A stretch of DNA of 64,000 bases from Mobula hypostoma (Eukaryota): positions 68,946,001 to 69,010,000 of the forward strand of contig NC_086097.1 in NCBI RefSeq assembly GCF_963921235.1. Reading direction: 5' to 3'. The notes beneath the pieces were generated by a model, which was not told the DNA's origin, searched no databases, and saw only the letters and a program-made list of their open reading frames with translations. Numbering within the stretch: position 1 is the stretch's first letter; each line of letters opens with the position of its first letter. The position numbers and the translations under genes are program-made. Shown piece after piece: positions 51,498 to 64,000 of the stretch.

Positions 51498-52419
51498 GAA
51501 TTCAGAGTTGTGGTAAATGAAGTTATCCAAGCCTGACAGTTGTAGGGTTACCATACCAGGTTGTGATGCAACCAGTTAGGATACTCTTCATCAGCATGTA
51601 TAGAGGTCTGTCAACTTTTCTAAGGACATGCTAAATCTGTGGAAACTTCTAACTATTCCATATTCAATACTACTGATTAACTTGATCGAACTTTTCTAAG
51701 ATATAGCAAAGTATAAAGATGATGGCATTGTAGTGGATTGGTATGGAAGGGTGTTTAAAGGTCAGCATGTACAAGGTGGGCTAAAATGCCTATTTTGTGG
51801 TCCGTGACTCTAATGATTATAATCAACACATCTTCAAAAATAATTACTTTAACAATCATTTGGTAACACCAAGGTACTGATGCAGTTTACAGTCAAGTCT
51901 GTGACAACGGAAGTGCCTTGAGAACATGTTACAGGGGAAATAAAACTGTGTAGACTCTAAGGAATGCACATAGGCGGGCAATGATGGCACAGAGCAGAGT
52001 TCCTCATAAATGGGCATCCTCCCTCTGTGTATCCCTGATGAAATCTTGTCCTTCAGCTTTCCGTGAGCAAAAAGTGATTTCATGGAAAATTTATATACTG
52101 CATACTTACAGGAGGTCATAAAATTCGACACTAAATAGCCCTGCAGTAGTGTGAAGCAAAAATGTAACAAACAAAAAAAAAATGCTGGATTGACAAAAGC
52201 TATAAAAGAGATGGAGATGCAAAGCAGGCCAGACAATGTCGTGAACTAGCGGTTCAGGTTGATGATGCTAATTGACTTTCTCTCTCTCCACAGATGATAT
52301 TTAATTTGCTGAAATTTCCAACATTTTCTGAGCATCTCAGATTTTCAGTATCGACCATATATTTTGTCTTTTGAAGTGATGTAAAGCTAACTGAGTAACA
52401 TTAACTCGCAGCACAATGA

Positions 52420-52710
52420 AAATCTATCACAATCAAAACAAGGCAGTGCAATGTTATGAAATTTCCTTGCTTAGCTCCACCATCTTCAGCAGTATCATTG
52501 CCCAGTCCCACACCATTGACATTCCAGACCAGCCATGTGAGTACAACGGTTGCAAGTCTAGGCCAGAAACTGAGTACCCTGAGTACTGTGAATGACTCAG
52601 TTCCTGACATGCCAAAACCATCTGCATGGCACAAGTCAAGAACACAATGGAATACTTTCAACTTGCCTGGATGAGTGCTACACCAACATCACTCAAGAAA
52701 ATGAAGGAGT
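52420..52710 (+). mobile_element. Ancient CR1-group LINE RT C-terminal remnant
   Basis: gcacaagtcaagaacacaatggaatactttcaacttgcctggatgagt (AQVKNTMEYFQLAWMS). Confidence 0.45.
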
Positions 52711-53118
52711 CATCAGTAATAATATTCACCTTTACCATTAGTGGGTCAGGTAATTCATCTATTGTGGAAGCTGCCTGATGTTTTGTTCATTAATAATCCA
52801 ATATTTAATTTTTCAAGTTAAGATGTTAAATGTCTGCTGGAAAAAAAGTGTTCTGAAGATCTCCTAAAGTGTAGGTAATGTGTTATAAATTCCAACACAA
52901 CAAATAGTTTGCAATACCATTTCCTTGATGCGATGACTTGGTTTGTTGCAGATTTATACTGAACACTTTCTAGCTGCATGTTTTATTATATCCATAACTC
53001 AAATCTCAAGTAAAACCAACGGCAAAAACTTCAATCTCTTTCTCTAGTACAGTAGGTAAAAACTTCCTAATTAGATTAAAACTGGAATTAAATAAATGAA
53101 TGCTCACAAAAAAAATAC

Positions 53119-53370
53119 CTCTTTTCTGTCTTCACTGAAAGCCTGAAGAATGTCAGTCTGCCTCGTATAGTTTCCGTTCGAATCCTGAAGACCCTGTAAG
53201 ATTCTTTCACGGAGCACAAGGACGGAAACACGGAGCTGATGCCACAAAAGTTGAACTGTATGGATGTCCACCAGAATATTGACTGAGTAAGACAGAAGCT
53301 TCAGTGAAATTTCCGTCTCTAGCAGGGCATGGATGAGCTCCACGTGATCAGAAATATCTTCACAAATATC
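53119..53370 (-). CDS. AKAP6: AKAP6 (mAKAP) coding exon, equivalent to mammalian exon 3 (252 bp, phase 0/0)
   Basis: Translates DICEDISDHVELIHALLETEISLKLLSYSVNILVDIHTVQLLWHQLRVSVLVLRERILQGLQDSNGNYTRQTDILQAFSEDRKE, near-identical to my recollection of the human AKAP6 N-terminal region. Acceptor cctgcag|GAT, donor GAG|gtattt. Confidence 0.95.
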
Positions 53371-53839
53371 CTGCAGGCATGGAAAGAAAATAAGTTACAA
53401 TATCATTTATCCCAATTGTTGGATTTTTTTGCATTGATCCACTTACTATTCATGATCATCGTATAGAAAACACTTTCATTAATCTTCAGGTAATTTGCAG
53501 CTAGATTCGGTGCAAGCATCTTTTACATGCCTGCAATGGTCCCCTTGTGCTTGGGATCTTGTACAGTTCATAAATATTGCAAATACATACAACGTCTGCA
53601 CTCCACTAATAATTAGATTCAACACCTGCTTTTTGTGCATCTCCCAGTCTGCTTTTGCAATTGAAAGGACTTTGATTCAATACCGTGCATCAAATTATTT
53701 GGAGTGCCATGTGGCACTCTGACCAACTTTGAATGTTTAGAGTGAACATCAGCTCAGTGATTTAAACATAAAGCTAGGAAGCATTCATATTATCATTTCA
53801 CTTTTGTATTTCAGAAATACCAAGGATATACAGTAAATT

Positions 53840-54497
53840 ATGCACGGGTTGATAGGGTCGTAAAGAAAGCTCTTCACACATTGGCTTTCATAAATCAAAG
53901 TATTGAGTACAGGAGATGGGGTGTCATGTTGAAGTTGTGTAAGACATCGGTGAAGACTAAATTGGAGTATCATATCCAGTTTTGGTCACCTAACTAGGGA
54001 AGATATAAATGAGGTTCAAAGAGTACAGAGCAAGTTTACAAGAATGTTGCTGGGGACCTGAATTACATGGAAAGATTGAATAGGTTAGGACTTTATTCCT
54101 TGGAACGTAAAAGATTGAGAGGAGATTTGTTAGAGGTATTCAAAATTATGAGGGGTATAGATAGGATAAATGCAACCGGGTTTTTTCCACTGAGGTTCAG
54201 TGGGACTAAAGGTCATGGGTCAAGGGTGAAAGGTGAAAACTTGAAGGGGAACATGAGGGGCAACTTCTTCGCTCAGAGGGCCATGAGAGTGTGGAACAAG
54301 CTGCCAGCGCAAATGGTGCATGTGAACTCGAGCTCAACATTTAAGAGAAGTTTGAATAGGTACACGGGTGGTAGGGGTATGGAGGGCTATGGTCCCAGTG
54401 CTGGTTGATGGGAGTGGGCAGTTTAAATGGCTCGGTATTGAATAGATGGGCCCAAGGGCCTCTCTGTGCTGTACTTCTCTATGTCCCTATGACTCTA
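53840..54497 (+). mobile_element. 5'-truncated CR1 LINE
   Basis: ERLNRLGLYSLERKRLRGDL...NFFAQRAMRVWNKLP, tail atgtccctatgactcta. Confidence 0.9.
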
Positions 54498-54764
54498 AAT
54501 TCAAAACAACGAAAAAAAAGTTTTCCACAAATATAAGGAACAGTATTGCCTAGAAATTCACTCTAGATCAGTAGCACAAAGTTATATTTCAGAAGCCGAT
54601 CTGACTACGATAGGTTATAGAGTCAGAGAGCACTACAGCCCAGAACAGAGCCTTTGGCCCACGTGGTCTATGCCAGCCTGTTACTCTGTCCTGTCCATCA
54701 ATCTATGCAATGCTTGCTGTTTGCCAACCAGGAATTAATTCGTAGATATATATTTCTCATTTTC

Positions 54765-54950
54765 CAAATGTGTCTTCCTTGAATTAAAAAATAGAAGCTA
54801 CCAATGGTAAAAATACAGGAGACAGATGACAGGGATGAACTGCAGCTTTGCAGGTGATGGTTTATCAGCTGTGTTGCAAGTTACTGCAATAATGGCTTCA
54901 GAATAAATATACTTCAAAGAAACTTTGTTAAGTGCAAACACATGCAGGTG
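54765..54950. promoter_or_regulatory. E-box cluster; candidate muscle enhancer or alternative promoter
   Basis: Six CANNTG at 54765, 54823, 54851, 54866, 54939 and 54945, in unique sequence about 1.5 kb upstream of exon 3. Confidence 0.25.
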
Positions 54951-55215
54951 ATTATGGGCATGACTCTGACAGATATTGTTGCGTACAAAAGCCAAATAGA
55001 ATACTTAGACCCCAAGTGATCCATTATACAAAGGACTGAAATGTTTCCTGGCACACAGCATAAAAAAAGATTGTTCCAACTCTGCAAAATGACAGAACTT
55101 CAATTAGTACACTTTTAAATGGAAAATGAAAAGATGCCAAATACCAATATCACAAGACCATGGCTTTTATATATACAAAGACATACAGTATTTGCAGAGA
55201 TATATCTGTGCCAGT

Positions 55216-56530
55216 AGGACCATAAGCCATAAGAGCAGAATTTGGCCATTCAGCCCATTGAGTCCACTCCACCATTCCATCATGGCTGATCCCAGATCCC
55301 ACTCAACCCCATACACCTGCCTTCTCACCATATCCTTTGATGCACTGACCAATCAGGAAATTGTCAACTTCCGCCTTAAAAAACCCATGGACTTAGCTCC
55401 ACCACAGTCTGTGGAAGAGCATTCCACAGATTCTCTACTCTCTGGCTAAAGGATTCCCTGTTCTAAAGGGTCACCCCTCAATTTTGAGGTTGTGCCCTCT
55501 AGTTCTGGATATCCCCACCATAGGAAACATCCTCTCCACATCCACCCAATCCAGTCCTTTCAACATTCAGTAGGTTTCAATGAGATCCCCCTGCATTCTT
55601 CTAAATTCCAGTGAGTAGAGGCCCAAAGTTGCCAAACGCTCCTCATATGTTAACCCCTTCATTCCCAGAATCATCCTCATGAACCTCCTCTGGACCCTCT
55701 CCAATGACAATACATCCTTTCTGAGATATGGGGCTGAAAACTGTTGAAAATAGTGTGGCCTGACTAGTGTCTTAAAAAAGGCTCAGCATTATCTCCTTGC
55801 TTTTATAGTCTATTCCCTTTGAAATAAATAACAACATTGTATTTGCCTTTTTTTTAACCACAGACTCAACCTGTAAATTAACCTTCTGGGCGTCTTGCAC
55901 AAGAACTCTTAAGACCCTCCGCACACCTGATGTTTGAACCTTCTCCCCATTTAGATAAGAGTCCGTACTATTGTTCTTTTTACCAAAATGCATTATCATA
56001 CATTTCCCAACACTGTATTCCATCTGCCACTTTTTTGTCCATTCTTTCAATTTGTCTAAATTCTGCTGCAATTGCATTGCTTCCTCAGCACTACCTACCC
56101 CTCCACCTATCTTCGTATTATCCGCAGACTTTGCCACAAGGCCATCAAATTCATTATCCAAATCACTGACAAACAAGGTGAAAACTAGCAGTTCCAATAC
56201 TAACCCCTGAGGAACACTACTGGTCACTGGCAGCCAACCAGAAAAGGCCCCTTTTATTCCTACTCGCTGCCTCCTGACTGTCAGCCATTGCTCTATCCAT
56301 GCCAGTATCTTTCCATAGGATTTTATCTTTTTTAAGCAGCCTCATGCAACACTTTATCAAATGTTTTCTAAAATCTAAATAAGCGACATCCACTGCCTCT
56401 CCTTTGTCCACCCTGTTTGTTACTTCCTCGAAGAACTCTAACAGATATGCCAGGCAAGATTTCCCTTTACAGAAACAATGCTGCCTTTTGACTTATTGCA
56501 TCATTAGTCTCCAATTACCTTGAAACCTCA
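55216..56530 (-). mobile_element. 5'-truncated CR1 LINE
   Basis: ORFs 55772-56227 and 56217-56411 with RT motifs (VDVAYLDF, VPQG, KSADNTKIGG). Confidence 0.9.
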
Positions 56531-56534
56531 TCCT

Positions 56535-58985
56535 TAAAGGAGCAACTGTTCAAGGAATTGGTGCATATTAGGGTGCACATCACCAGGGCCTGATGGGACC
56601 TAACCCAGTCTGCTATCAAAGCAAGTGAGGAGATTGCTGATGCTCCAACAGAGATTTTTGCACCTTCATCTGTCACCGATGAGGTGCCAGAAGTCTGGAG
56701 GATTTCTAATGTTGTTCCCTTATTCAAAAAGGTTAGTACAGTTGAGCCTCTGACATCAGAGGGAGGGAAATTATTGGAAAAATATTCTGAGGGGCAAGAT
56801 TTAGTCTCACTTTTAGATTTAGGTTTGTTTATTAATCATGTGTACATCAAAAAATAGTGTGAAATGTTTTGTTTGTGTTAACAGGTAACAATGTTAACAT
56901 AATGTGAGGATGTGCTGGGGGCATCCCACAAATATCGCCCATATTCTGGCACGTCCACGATGTTCAGCGGAACAACACTCAGCCAGCGTTCAACAAACAA
57001 AAGCAACAAAAGAAACCCCTTTCCCAACACACACACACCCCTCCAACCCCCAGGGCAGGCTGCGTCTAGGCCTCTAGGCCTCCAAACCCAAACAGGCCAC
57101 CTCCAAGCCTCCAACTTTCATACTGTGGTCCCCAACCCACAGATATCAGGTCCCCAGCCACAAGGCTTGCCAGCCTAGGGGCTTTAACCTTCAGAATTTG
57201 CCCTGCAGACTCCCCAACCTCGGGGTTTTGATCCCAAGACTAGTTAATTATGAGCCACTGTCTTCAGGACCTGCCATCTGATCTCAGGTCTCCTGTCCTG
57301 CAACTTGTTGACCTGGATCCATTCTCAGTTCAGATGACCCAAAACGCTGACTGTCCATTTCCCACCACAGATGAGCCTTGGGAGGTACATAGAGGGGCAG
57401 GACCTGGAAAAGTAGGGACTGACTGAGGGGGGAGCAACAACATGGTTTTGTGCAGAGAAAATCCTTTCTCACAAATCTGATTTGAGATTTTTGAAGAGAA
57501 CTACGAAAACACGGTAGACTTGGATTTTAGCAAGGCTTTTGACAAAGTTACTTGTGGTAAGCTGGTCCAGAAAGGTTAAAGCACATCATATCCAAGATAT
57601 GTTGCTAAATGATCCAAAATTGACTCTGTGATAGTAGGCCATGGGTATCGATTCAGGAGTATTTTCTGATTGAAAGTCTGCAAGCAGTGGTGTACTGCAG
57701 GAATCAGTGCTGGGAACTTTGTCATATATCTAAGTGGCTTGTGTATGAATCTGATCAGTAAGTTTGCTGATTACACAAAAAGTGGTATAGAATTTAGCAC
57801 AGAAAGCTATGAAAGGATACAGGATCAGAATCAGGTTTATTATCATTGATATATTCATGAAATTTGCAGTAGCAGTGCAGTGCTAGACTTAAAAATTTAC
57901 TTTATATTACAATAAATAAATAAAGGAAAATAGTTCTTGAAGTGATCTCAGCCAGAGGGACACAGATCATTTGGAAAGTTGGACAGAGTGGTGTCAGAGG
58001 AAATTTACTTCAGACAAGCAGGAGGTAATACACTCAGAGGCCTTTTTATGTGGACGCCTGTATATCTGCTCATAAATGCAAATATCTGATCAGATAATCA
58101 TGTGGCAGCAGCTCAGAGCATAAAAGCATGCAGATATGATCAAGAGATTCACCTGTTGTTTGGAGCAAACATTGGAATAGAGCAGAAAGATGATTTAATG
58201 ACTTTGACCATGAAGTGATTGTTGGTGCCAGATGGGGTGGTTAGAGTATCTCAGAAACTGCTGATCTCAAAGGGTTTTCACACACAACGGTCTCTGGAGT
58301 TTACAGAGGATGGTGTAAACATCCGGTGAGTAGCTGTTCTGTGGGCAAAAATGCCTTGTTAATGAGAAAAGTCAGAGGAGAATCAACACATTGAACCGTG
58401 AAGTGGATGAGCTGCATCAGCAGAAGACCATGAACATACATTCAGTGGCCACTTTATTAGGTACAGGAGATACCTCATAAAGTGGCCACTGAGTGTACAT
58501 TTTAGGACATCAAATACTGTCAGGATGAGTATGGTAAATGGCAGGGACCTCAGGGGTGTAGATGTATAGATGGTTGAAAGTTCATAGTACCATGAAGTTG
58601 GTGACACAGGTCAAAAGGGTAGTGAAGATGGTATTCGGCATGTTTGCCTTGATAGGGCGAAGCAATGAGTACAATCGTTGAGATGTCACATTGCAGCTCT
58701 GCAATACCTTAGTTAGCTCTCTCTTGGAGTATTAAGTGAGGGGGAGAATTTAAAGGAGATCTGAGGGGCATGTTTTTCACATAGAGGGTGAGATTATGTG
58801 GGATCAGCTGCTTCAGAAAGTGATAAAGGGATAGACAATTACTATGTTTAAAGGGCATTTGGACAGACACCTGGATAGAAAAACAGAGATATGAGCCTAC
58901 GTTGGACAAAGGGGATTAGCATCGGTCAGCATGGACCAGATGGGTCAAAGAGTCCCTTTGTGTGCTGCACACCTCAATGACTCAA
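56535..58985 (+). mobile_element. Old CR1 ORF2 remnant broken by younger insertions (~56812-57290 unclassified repeat, ~57825-57950 Rex1-type tail, Tc1)
   Basis: gtagacttggattttagcaaggcttttgacaaa (DFSKAFDK), aagtttgctgattacac, CR1-like 3' end at ~58900-58985. Confidence 0.6.
58031..58495 (+). mobile_element. Tc1-like deletion derivative ending in a TIR-TIR hairpin
   Basis: TA duplicated inside the host CR1 (gaggtaaTA...TAcattttagg). 58437-58497 is an imperfect palindrome of two TIRs. Confidence 0.85.
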
Positions 58986-60004
58986 ATAACTGGCTCTCAG
59001 TATCTGAAAGCTCAGGTTCACCTCTTAGTAAAGCAGGTTTTAAACAACTACTGGAAATTCCATGTTGATGTTTTGTATATACTGCGTAGAATTTAATGTG
59101 TCTTCTCAAGCCAGCCAATGATGCATCATATAGTCTAGTTGACTGCCCTTAATTCCCAGTACACTGATTGCTTCCATTTCAAACTTAACCACGTCTTACC
59201 CTGAGTGGCTAAAGCACTTTTTTTTTCTCTTTCAAGTCACATTACCTCAGGGCAGACTTAATATTCTCCCTGTAAGTTCAGACTTTAACTTCACACAAAG
59301 GTGAAACAACAAAGATATCCATATTTGCTTTCAAATAATTTCTTAAATCTAGTTTTCTTCCCTTCCATCCATTTTCCTATCCACACACCTATTGTCATCA
59401 ATACTTATCATTAAGATATTCTCAAATGACCATGCTTTATCTGGAAAATCAAAGGCTAGAAATTTTTCCATGCAAGTATATGCAGATTAAGCTGGTGATA
59501 TTGAACGGGCCTCTGGATGTTCTTTGCATAGACCGCCACTGTAAAATTATTCTATATGTTCAATCCAATAGAACGGGCCTTGGACCACCAACACACAGAA
59601 AAGCCTTCGCTCCACACTTTCTACCAATATCTGGGGGGAATGATTGCAGATATTCAGGACCAGAAGGCCAATGTATCAGAGGGAAGGGGTGCTGTGTTTG
59701 CTGCAGTAAACGGGGCGTGGTTACCCAAGGTTGCGGCTGTGTGAAGGAGCTGGCCTTGAGATGTGGTGAGGAGGAATGGTCAGATCACAGCAGGTCCGGA
59801 AATCAGAAAGCAGATGAGTGAAGGGTAACGGATGTTGTCTCAATAGACTTCAGCAAAGCTTTTGACAAGGTCTCTCATGGCAGATGAGTCCGGAAGGTGA
59901 GATCACAGAGGATCCAAAGGAAGATAATGGATTGTATTCATAATTGTCTCAGTGATAGGAAGCAGAGGGCAAAAGTCAAGGAATATTTCTCGGACAGGAG
60001 ACCT

Positions 60005-61682
60005 GATCAGAATCAGAATCAGGTTTATTATCACCGGCATGTGACGTGAAATTTGTTAACTTAGCAGCAGCAGTTCAATGCAATACATAAACTAGCAGAG
60101 AAAAAAAATAATAAATAAAATAAAACACAATAATATATAAGTAACTCAATTACGTATAATGAATACATTTTTTAAAATGTGCTAAAAAAGAAATACTGTA
60201 TATTAAAAAAAGTGAGGTAGTGTCCAAAGATTCAATGTCCATTTAGGAATTGGATGGCAGAGGGGAAGAAGCTGTTCCTGAATCACTGAGTGTGTGCCTG
60301 CAGGCTTCTGTACCTCCTCCCTGATGGTAACAGTGAGAAAAGGTCATGCCCTGGATGCGGAAGGTCCTTAATAATGGACGCTGCCTTTCTGAGACACTAC
60401 TCCCTAAAGATGTCCTGGGTACTTTGTAGGCTAGTGCCCAAGATGGAGCTGACTAGATTTAACACCTTCTGCAGCTTCTTTCGGTCCTGTGCATTAGCCC
60501 CCCCATACCAGACAGTAATGCAGCCAGTCAGAATGCTCTCCACGGTACAACTATAGAAGTTTTTGAGTGTATTTGTTGACATGCCAAATCTCTTCAAACT
60601 CCTAATAAAGTATAGCTGCCTTCTTTATAACTACATCGATATGTTGGGACCAGGTTAGATCCTCAGAGATCTTGACACCCAGGAACTTGAAGCTGCTCAC
60701 TCTCTCCACTTCAGATCCCTCTATGAGGATTGGTATGTGTTCCTTCATCTTACCCTTCCTGAGGTCCACAATCAGCTCTTTCATCTTACTGACGTTGAGT
60801 GCCAGGTTGTTGCTGCAGCACCACTCCACTAGTTGGTATATCTCACTCCTGTGCGCCCTCTCGTCACCACCTGAGTTTCTACCAACGATGATTGTATCGT
60901 CAGCAAATTTGTAGGTGGTACTTGAGCTATGCCTAGCCACACAGTCATGTGCATTTAGAGAGTAGAGTAGTGGGCTAAGCACACAGCCCTGAGGTGTGCC
61001 AGTTGATCGTCAATAAGGAGGAAATATTATCACCAATCCGCAGAGATTGTGGTCTTCCGGTTAGAAAATCGAGGATCCAATTACAAAGGGAGATACAGAG
61101 GCTCAGGTTCTGCAACTTCTTAATCAGGATTGTGGGAATGATGGTATTAAGTGCTGAGCTATAGTCGATGAACAGCATCCTGACATAGGTGTTTGTGTTT
61201 TCAAGGTGGTCCAAAGCCGTGTGGAGAGCCATTGATACTGCGTCTGCTATTGACCTATTGTGGTGGTAGGCAAATTGCAATGGGTCCAGATCCTTGCTGA
61301 GGCAGGCGTCCAGTCTAGTTATAACCAACCTCTCAAAGCATTTCATCACTGTAGATGTGAGTGCTACCAGGCGATAGTCATTAAGGCAGCCCACATTATT
61401 CTTATTAGGCACTGGTATGATTGTTGCCTTTTTGAAGCAAGTGGGAACTTCTGCCCATAGCAGTGAGAGGTTGAAAATGTCCTTGAATACTCCCGCTAGC
61501 TGGTCGGCACAGGTTTTCAGAGCCTTACCAGGTACTCCATCGGGACCTTCTGCCTTGCAAGGATTCACCCTCTTTAAAGACAGCCTAACATTGGCCTCTG
61601 AGACGGAGATCACAGGGTCATCGGGAGAAGCAGGGATCTTCACGGCTGTAGTTGTGTTCTCCCTTTCAAAGCGAGCATAGAA
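60005..61682 (-). mobile_element. 5'-truncated Rex1/Babar LINE with relatively well preserved RT, inserted in an older CR1 (59830-60004, 61690-62075)
   Basis: GPDGVPGKALKTCADQLAGVF..LNDYRLVALTS..DPLQFAY..LFIDYSSALNTIIP, KFADDT, (TCTGAT)n tail at 60005-60022. Confidence 0.9.
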
Positions 61683-62334
61683 ACATGCCACATAATGGTG
61701 TGCCACAGGAGTCAGTGCTGGGACCTTTGTTGTTTGTAATTTATACAAACAATTTAGATGTGAATGTACAAGGCATACTTAATAAGTTTGCAGATGATAC
61801 TAAAATAGGTGGTACAGATAGTGTAGAAGGTTATGAGAATTTACAGTGTTATTTTGATCAACTAATTATGTGGGTAGGGTACCGCTAAATAGGTTTCAAT
61901 CCAAATAAATGTGAAGATTGGGAGATCAAACAAGGGTCGAACTTCTACAATGAATGGTAGGGCCCTGGAGACCCTAGGGCAGGCAGATGGACCCAGCCCA
62001 CTGGGTAACGGAGTCAGCATGGACAAATTGGTCTGACGGGCCTGCCCCCATGTTATACAACTTTATGGCTCTAATCAAATGCAGGAGGGCTCAAAAAGTA
62101 AGTATATAATTTAAAGAGGACCTACGCATATTTAGTTTAAGGACTTTTGGCAGGTTCCCTTTGAACAATGCTGAATCATGTTGCATATTTTCTGATAAAG
62201 ACCTTTTTCTGCATAAATGGTTTGCACAGGCTATGGATGAATGACTACATTCAGCAGAGGTGGCATGCAAATGTGCATTACATGCTAATAAACACCACTA
62301 CAAAAATCTGGGCAGCTTCGTGGGCCTCAATAAT

Positions 62335-62449
62335 CAGAATAAGAATTAGGTTTATTATCACTGGCATGTGTCACGAAATTTGTTAACTTAGTGGCAGCAG
62401 TACAATGCAATATATGATAATATAGAAAAAAAATACATCAATTAAAGTT

Positions 62450-62490
<41 letters not shown>

Positions 62491-62785
62491 TAAATTGTTA
62501 GATTAAAATAGTGAAAAAACAGAAATAACATAAAAAAGTGAGATAGTGTTCATGGGTTCAATGTCCATTTTGGAATCGGATAGCAGAGGAGAAGAAACTT
62601 TCCTGAATCACTGAGTGTGTGCCTTTAGGCTTCCATACCTCCTTCCTGATGATAACAATGAGAAGAGGACATGCCCTGGGTGATGGGGGTCCCTAATCGC
62701 CTTTCTGAAGCACTGCTTCTTGAAGATGTCTTGGATACTACGGAGGCTAGTACCCAAAATAGAGCTGACTAATTTAGTAACTTTA
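62335..62785 (-). mobile_element. Rex1/Babar 3' fragment
   Basis: Colinear with 60005-60470. Confidence 0.8.
62453..62488. repeat. (GT)18 microsatellite
   Basis: Direct count. Confidence 0.95.
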
Positions 62786-63084
62786 ACAATACCTCAACAA
62801 TGATAGAGGCCTTGACACGATATGACAAACATGGTAAGAGACAAAGTCAATAAAAGTACATTGTTCTCCCATTAAATGTTATCTTACCATGTACCTAAGT
62901 AACAATAGAATTGCTGGGTCCCCCATTCCTACACTGACAGTATTATATCTGTTTATCAGATGTAACCATGTGGAAAACTACTTAAACTCAGTTGATTCCA
63001 CATCTTTCAATCTCTACCATGTTAAGCTGAATGCAGCATCTTCTTAAACTTAAGTATGCGTGAGATGAAGAAGCAACTTACTAT

Positions 63085-63445
63085 TATTTAGTGCTATTCA
63101 TGACCTAAAGAAACACTAAAATGCTTTAGAGTGTCTAAAGTCACTTTAAATGTTTGACTCTTTTTTTGAGTAGGGAAACACAACAGCCAATCTCTACACA
63201 TTAATTTTCTTCAAAATAAAAGACTAGTTAAGATTTTTTAAAGAGTATTGGTTAAGGAGTAACTATGGGGAGTAGACTCAATATGACTACGGGACCTGAG
63301 AGGGGTAAATGAGGCCTTGGTTTAACATCACACTAAAATTCAGCATCTCTATCAATGTTCATTCCCTTAATGCTCTCTGATGAATCAGTCTACACTTTGC
63401 ACTGACATCTCTGGGGTGGGGTTTGAACCTTCTGAATCAATCACT
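63085..63445 (-). mobile_element. Ancient Deu-domain SINE (SacSINE1/AmnSINE1-like)
   Basis: ggccttggtttaacatc...ctctggggtggggtttgaacc resembles the antisense Deu-domain and tRNA head as I recall it. Tail-like sequence at ~63090-63200. Confidence 0.5.
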
Positions 63446-64000
63446 TACAGTTCCCAATGAAGCAATGGTCAAAACATCACTAATTAGGGAAATAGAATGG
63501 AGCCAAACCTTGTTATTACCGGCAGCCTGCCATTTTAGATTGCTTCGCACATAAGGTAGCCCATGCATCTAACAAGTCTGAATACACACTCATCCTTCCA
63601 CAAAGAAAAATGGTAAAATGTTCAAATTATTCTTCTGAAAAAGCTTTCTGCACTTACTTCACTAATTTGACACTTAGCCGCTGTTGAAACACCAAGCTCA
63701 ATTAATAGCTATGTGTAGTTCCATCAGCCACAATGTCCCAGGTTACCAAAGTTTATAAACACAACCAATCCTCAGTTTAGTAACAAGGTTTATTAAACTC
63801 TGCCATGCCACATGTCCCCTGCATGTCTGCTGCCAACTGAATTCAAGCTCTGGAAATTCGACTCTGAAAATATTCCAGATAATACTTAAGGGCTGTGGCC
63901 CCGACAGCAGATGAAGGATCCCCACCCTCAGACTTGCATCACTTGATATGCAAGCCAGCAACAAAATAAACAAAATCTGGACTGAAACATAGTCATAAAG

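Noticed and set aside
59194..59275. Possible cryptic minus-strand exon (ttacag acceptor, CAGG|gtaaga donor)
   Set aside because: Weak pyrimidine tract and no homology. Such sites arise by chance in long introns.
60975..61748. 257-aa RT ORF with an unusual N-terminus
   Set aside because: The first ~20 aa are antisense CR1 sequence fused by insertion. The remainder is a frameshifted, truncated Rex1 RT, not a domesticated gene.
1..64000. CRISPR arrays, prokaryotic or viral gene clusters, rRNA
   Set aside because: No regularly spaced repeat-spacer arrays or compact operon-like ORFs. The short ORFs are transposon debris, antisense frames or chance.

Overview
Vertebrate genomic DNA, most likely from a cartilaginous fish (probably a ray, judged from the repeat families). 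The window holds the middle of the AKAP6 (mAKAP) gene on the minus strand as five coding exons (53119-53370, 44031-46031, 14765-14887, 4700-4796, 457-620). All have canonical ag/gt splice sites and one continuous reading frame, and they correspond to mammalian exons 3-7. The introns are dominated by decayed transposons: CR1 LINEs (some with an SGNH-esterase ORF1), Rex1/Babar LINEs, Tc1 deletion derivatives, a hAT element, a gag-bearing Gypsy relic, solo LTRs, SINEs and Penelope-like elements (PLEs). The most striking non-coding signal is a family of PLE-derived repeats carrying a minimal hammerhead ribozyme motif (AGTC-CTGACGA-A-GGG-loop-CCC-GAAA-C-GTC-GACT). One intact copy is sense to the AKAP6 pre-mRNA, one lies inside a 76-bp perfect fold-back, and several short copies start at the ribozyme edge. 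Other points of interest are a multi-level transposon nest, a conserved candidate mAKAP-beta start codon and an E-box cluster upstream of exon 3. All family calls come from recognising motifs by eye. No searches were run and repeat boundaries are approximate.
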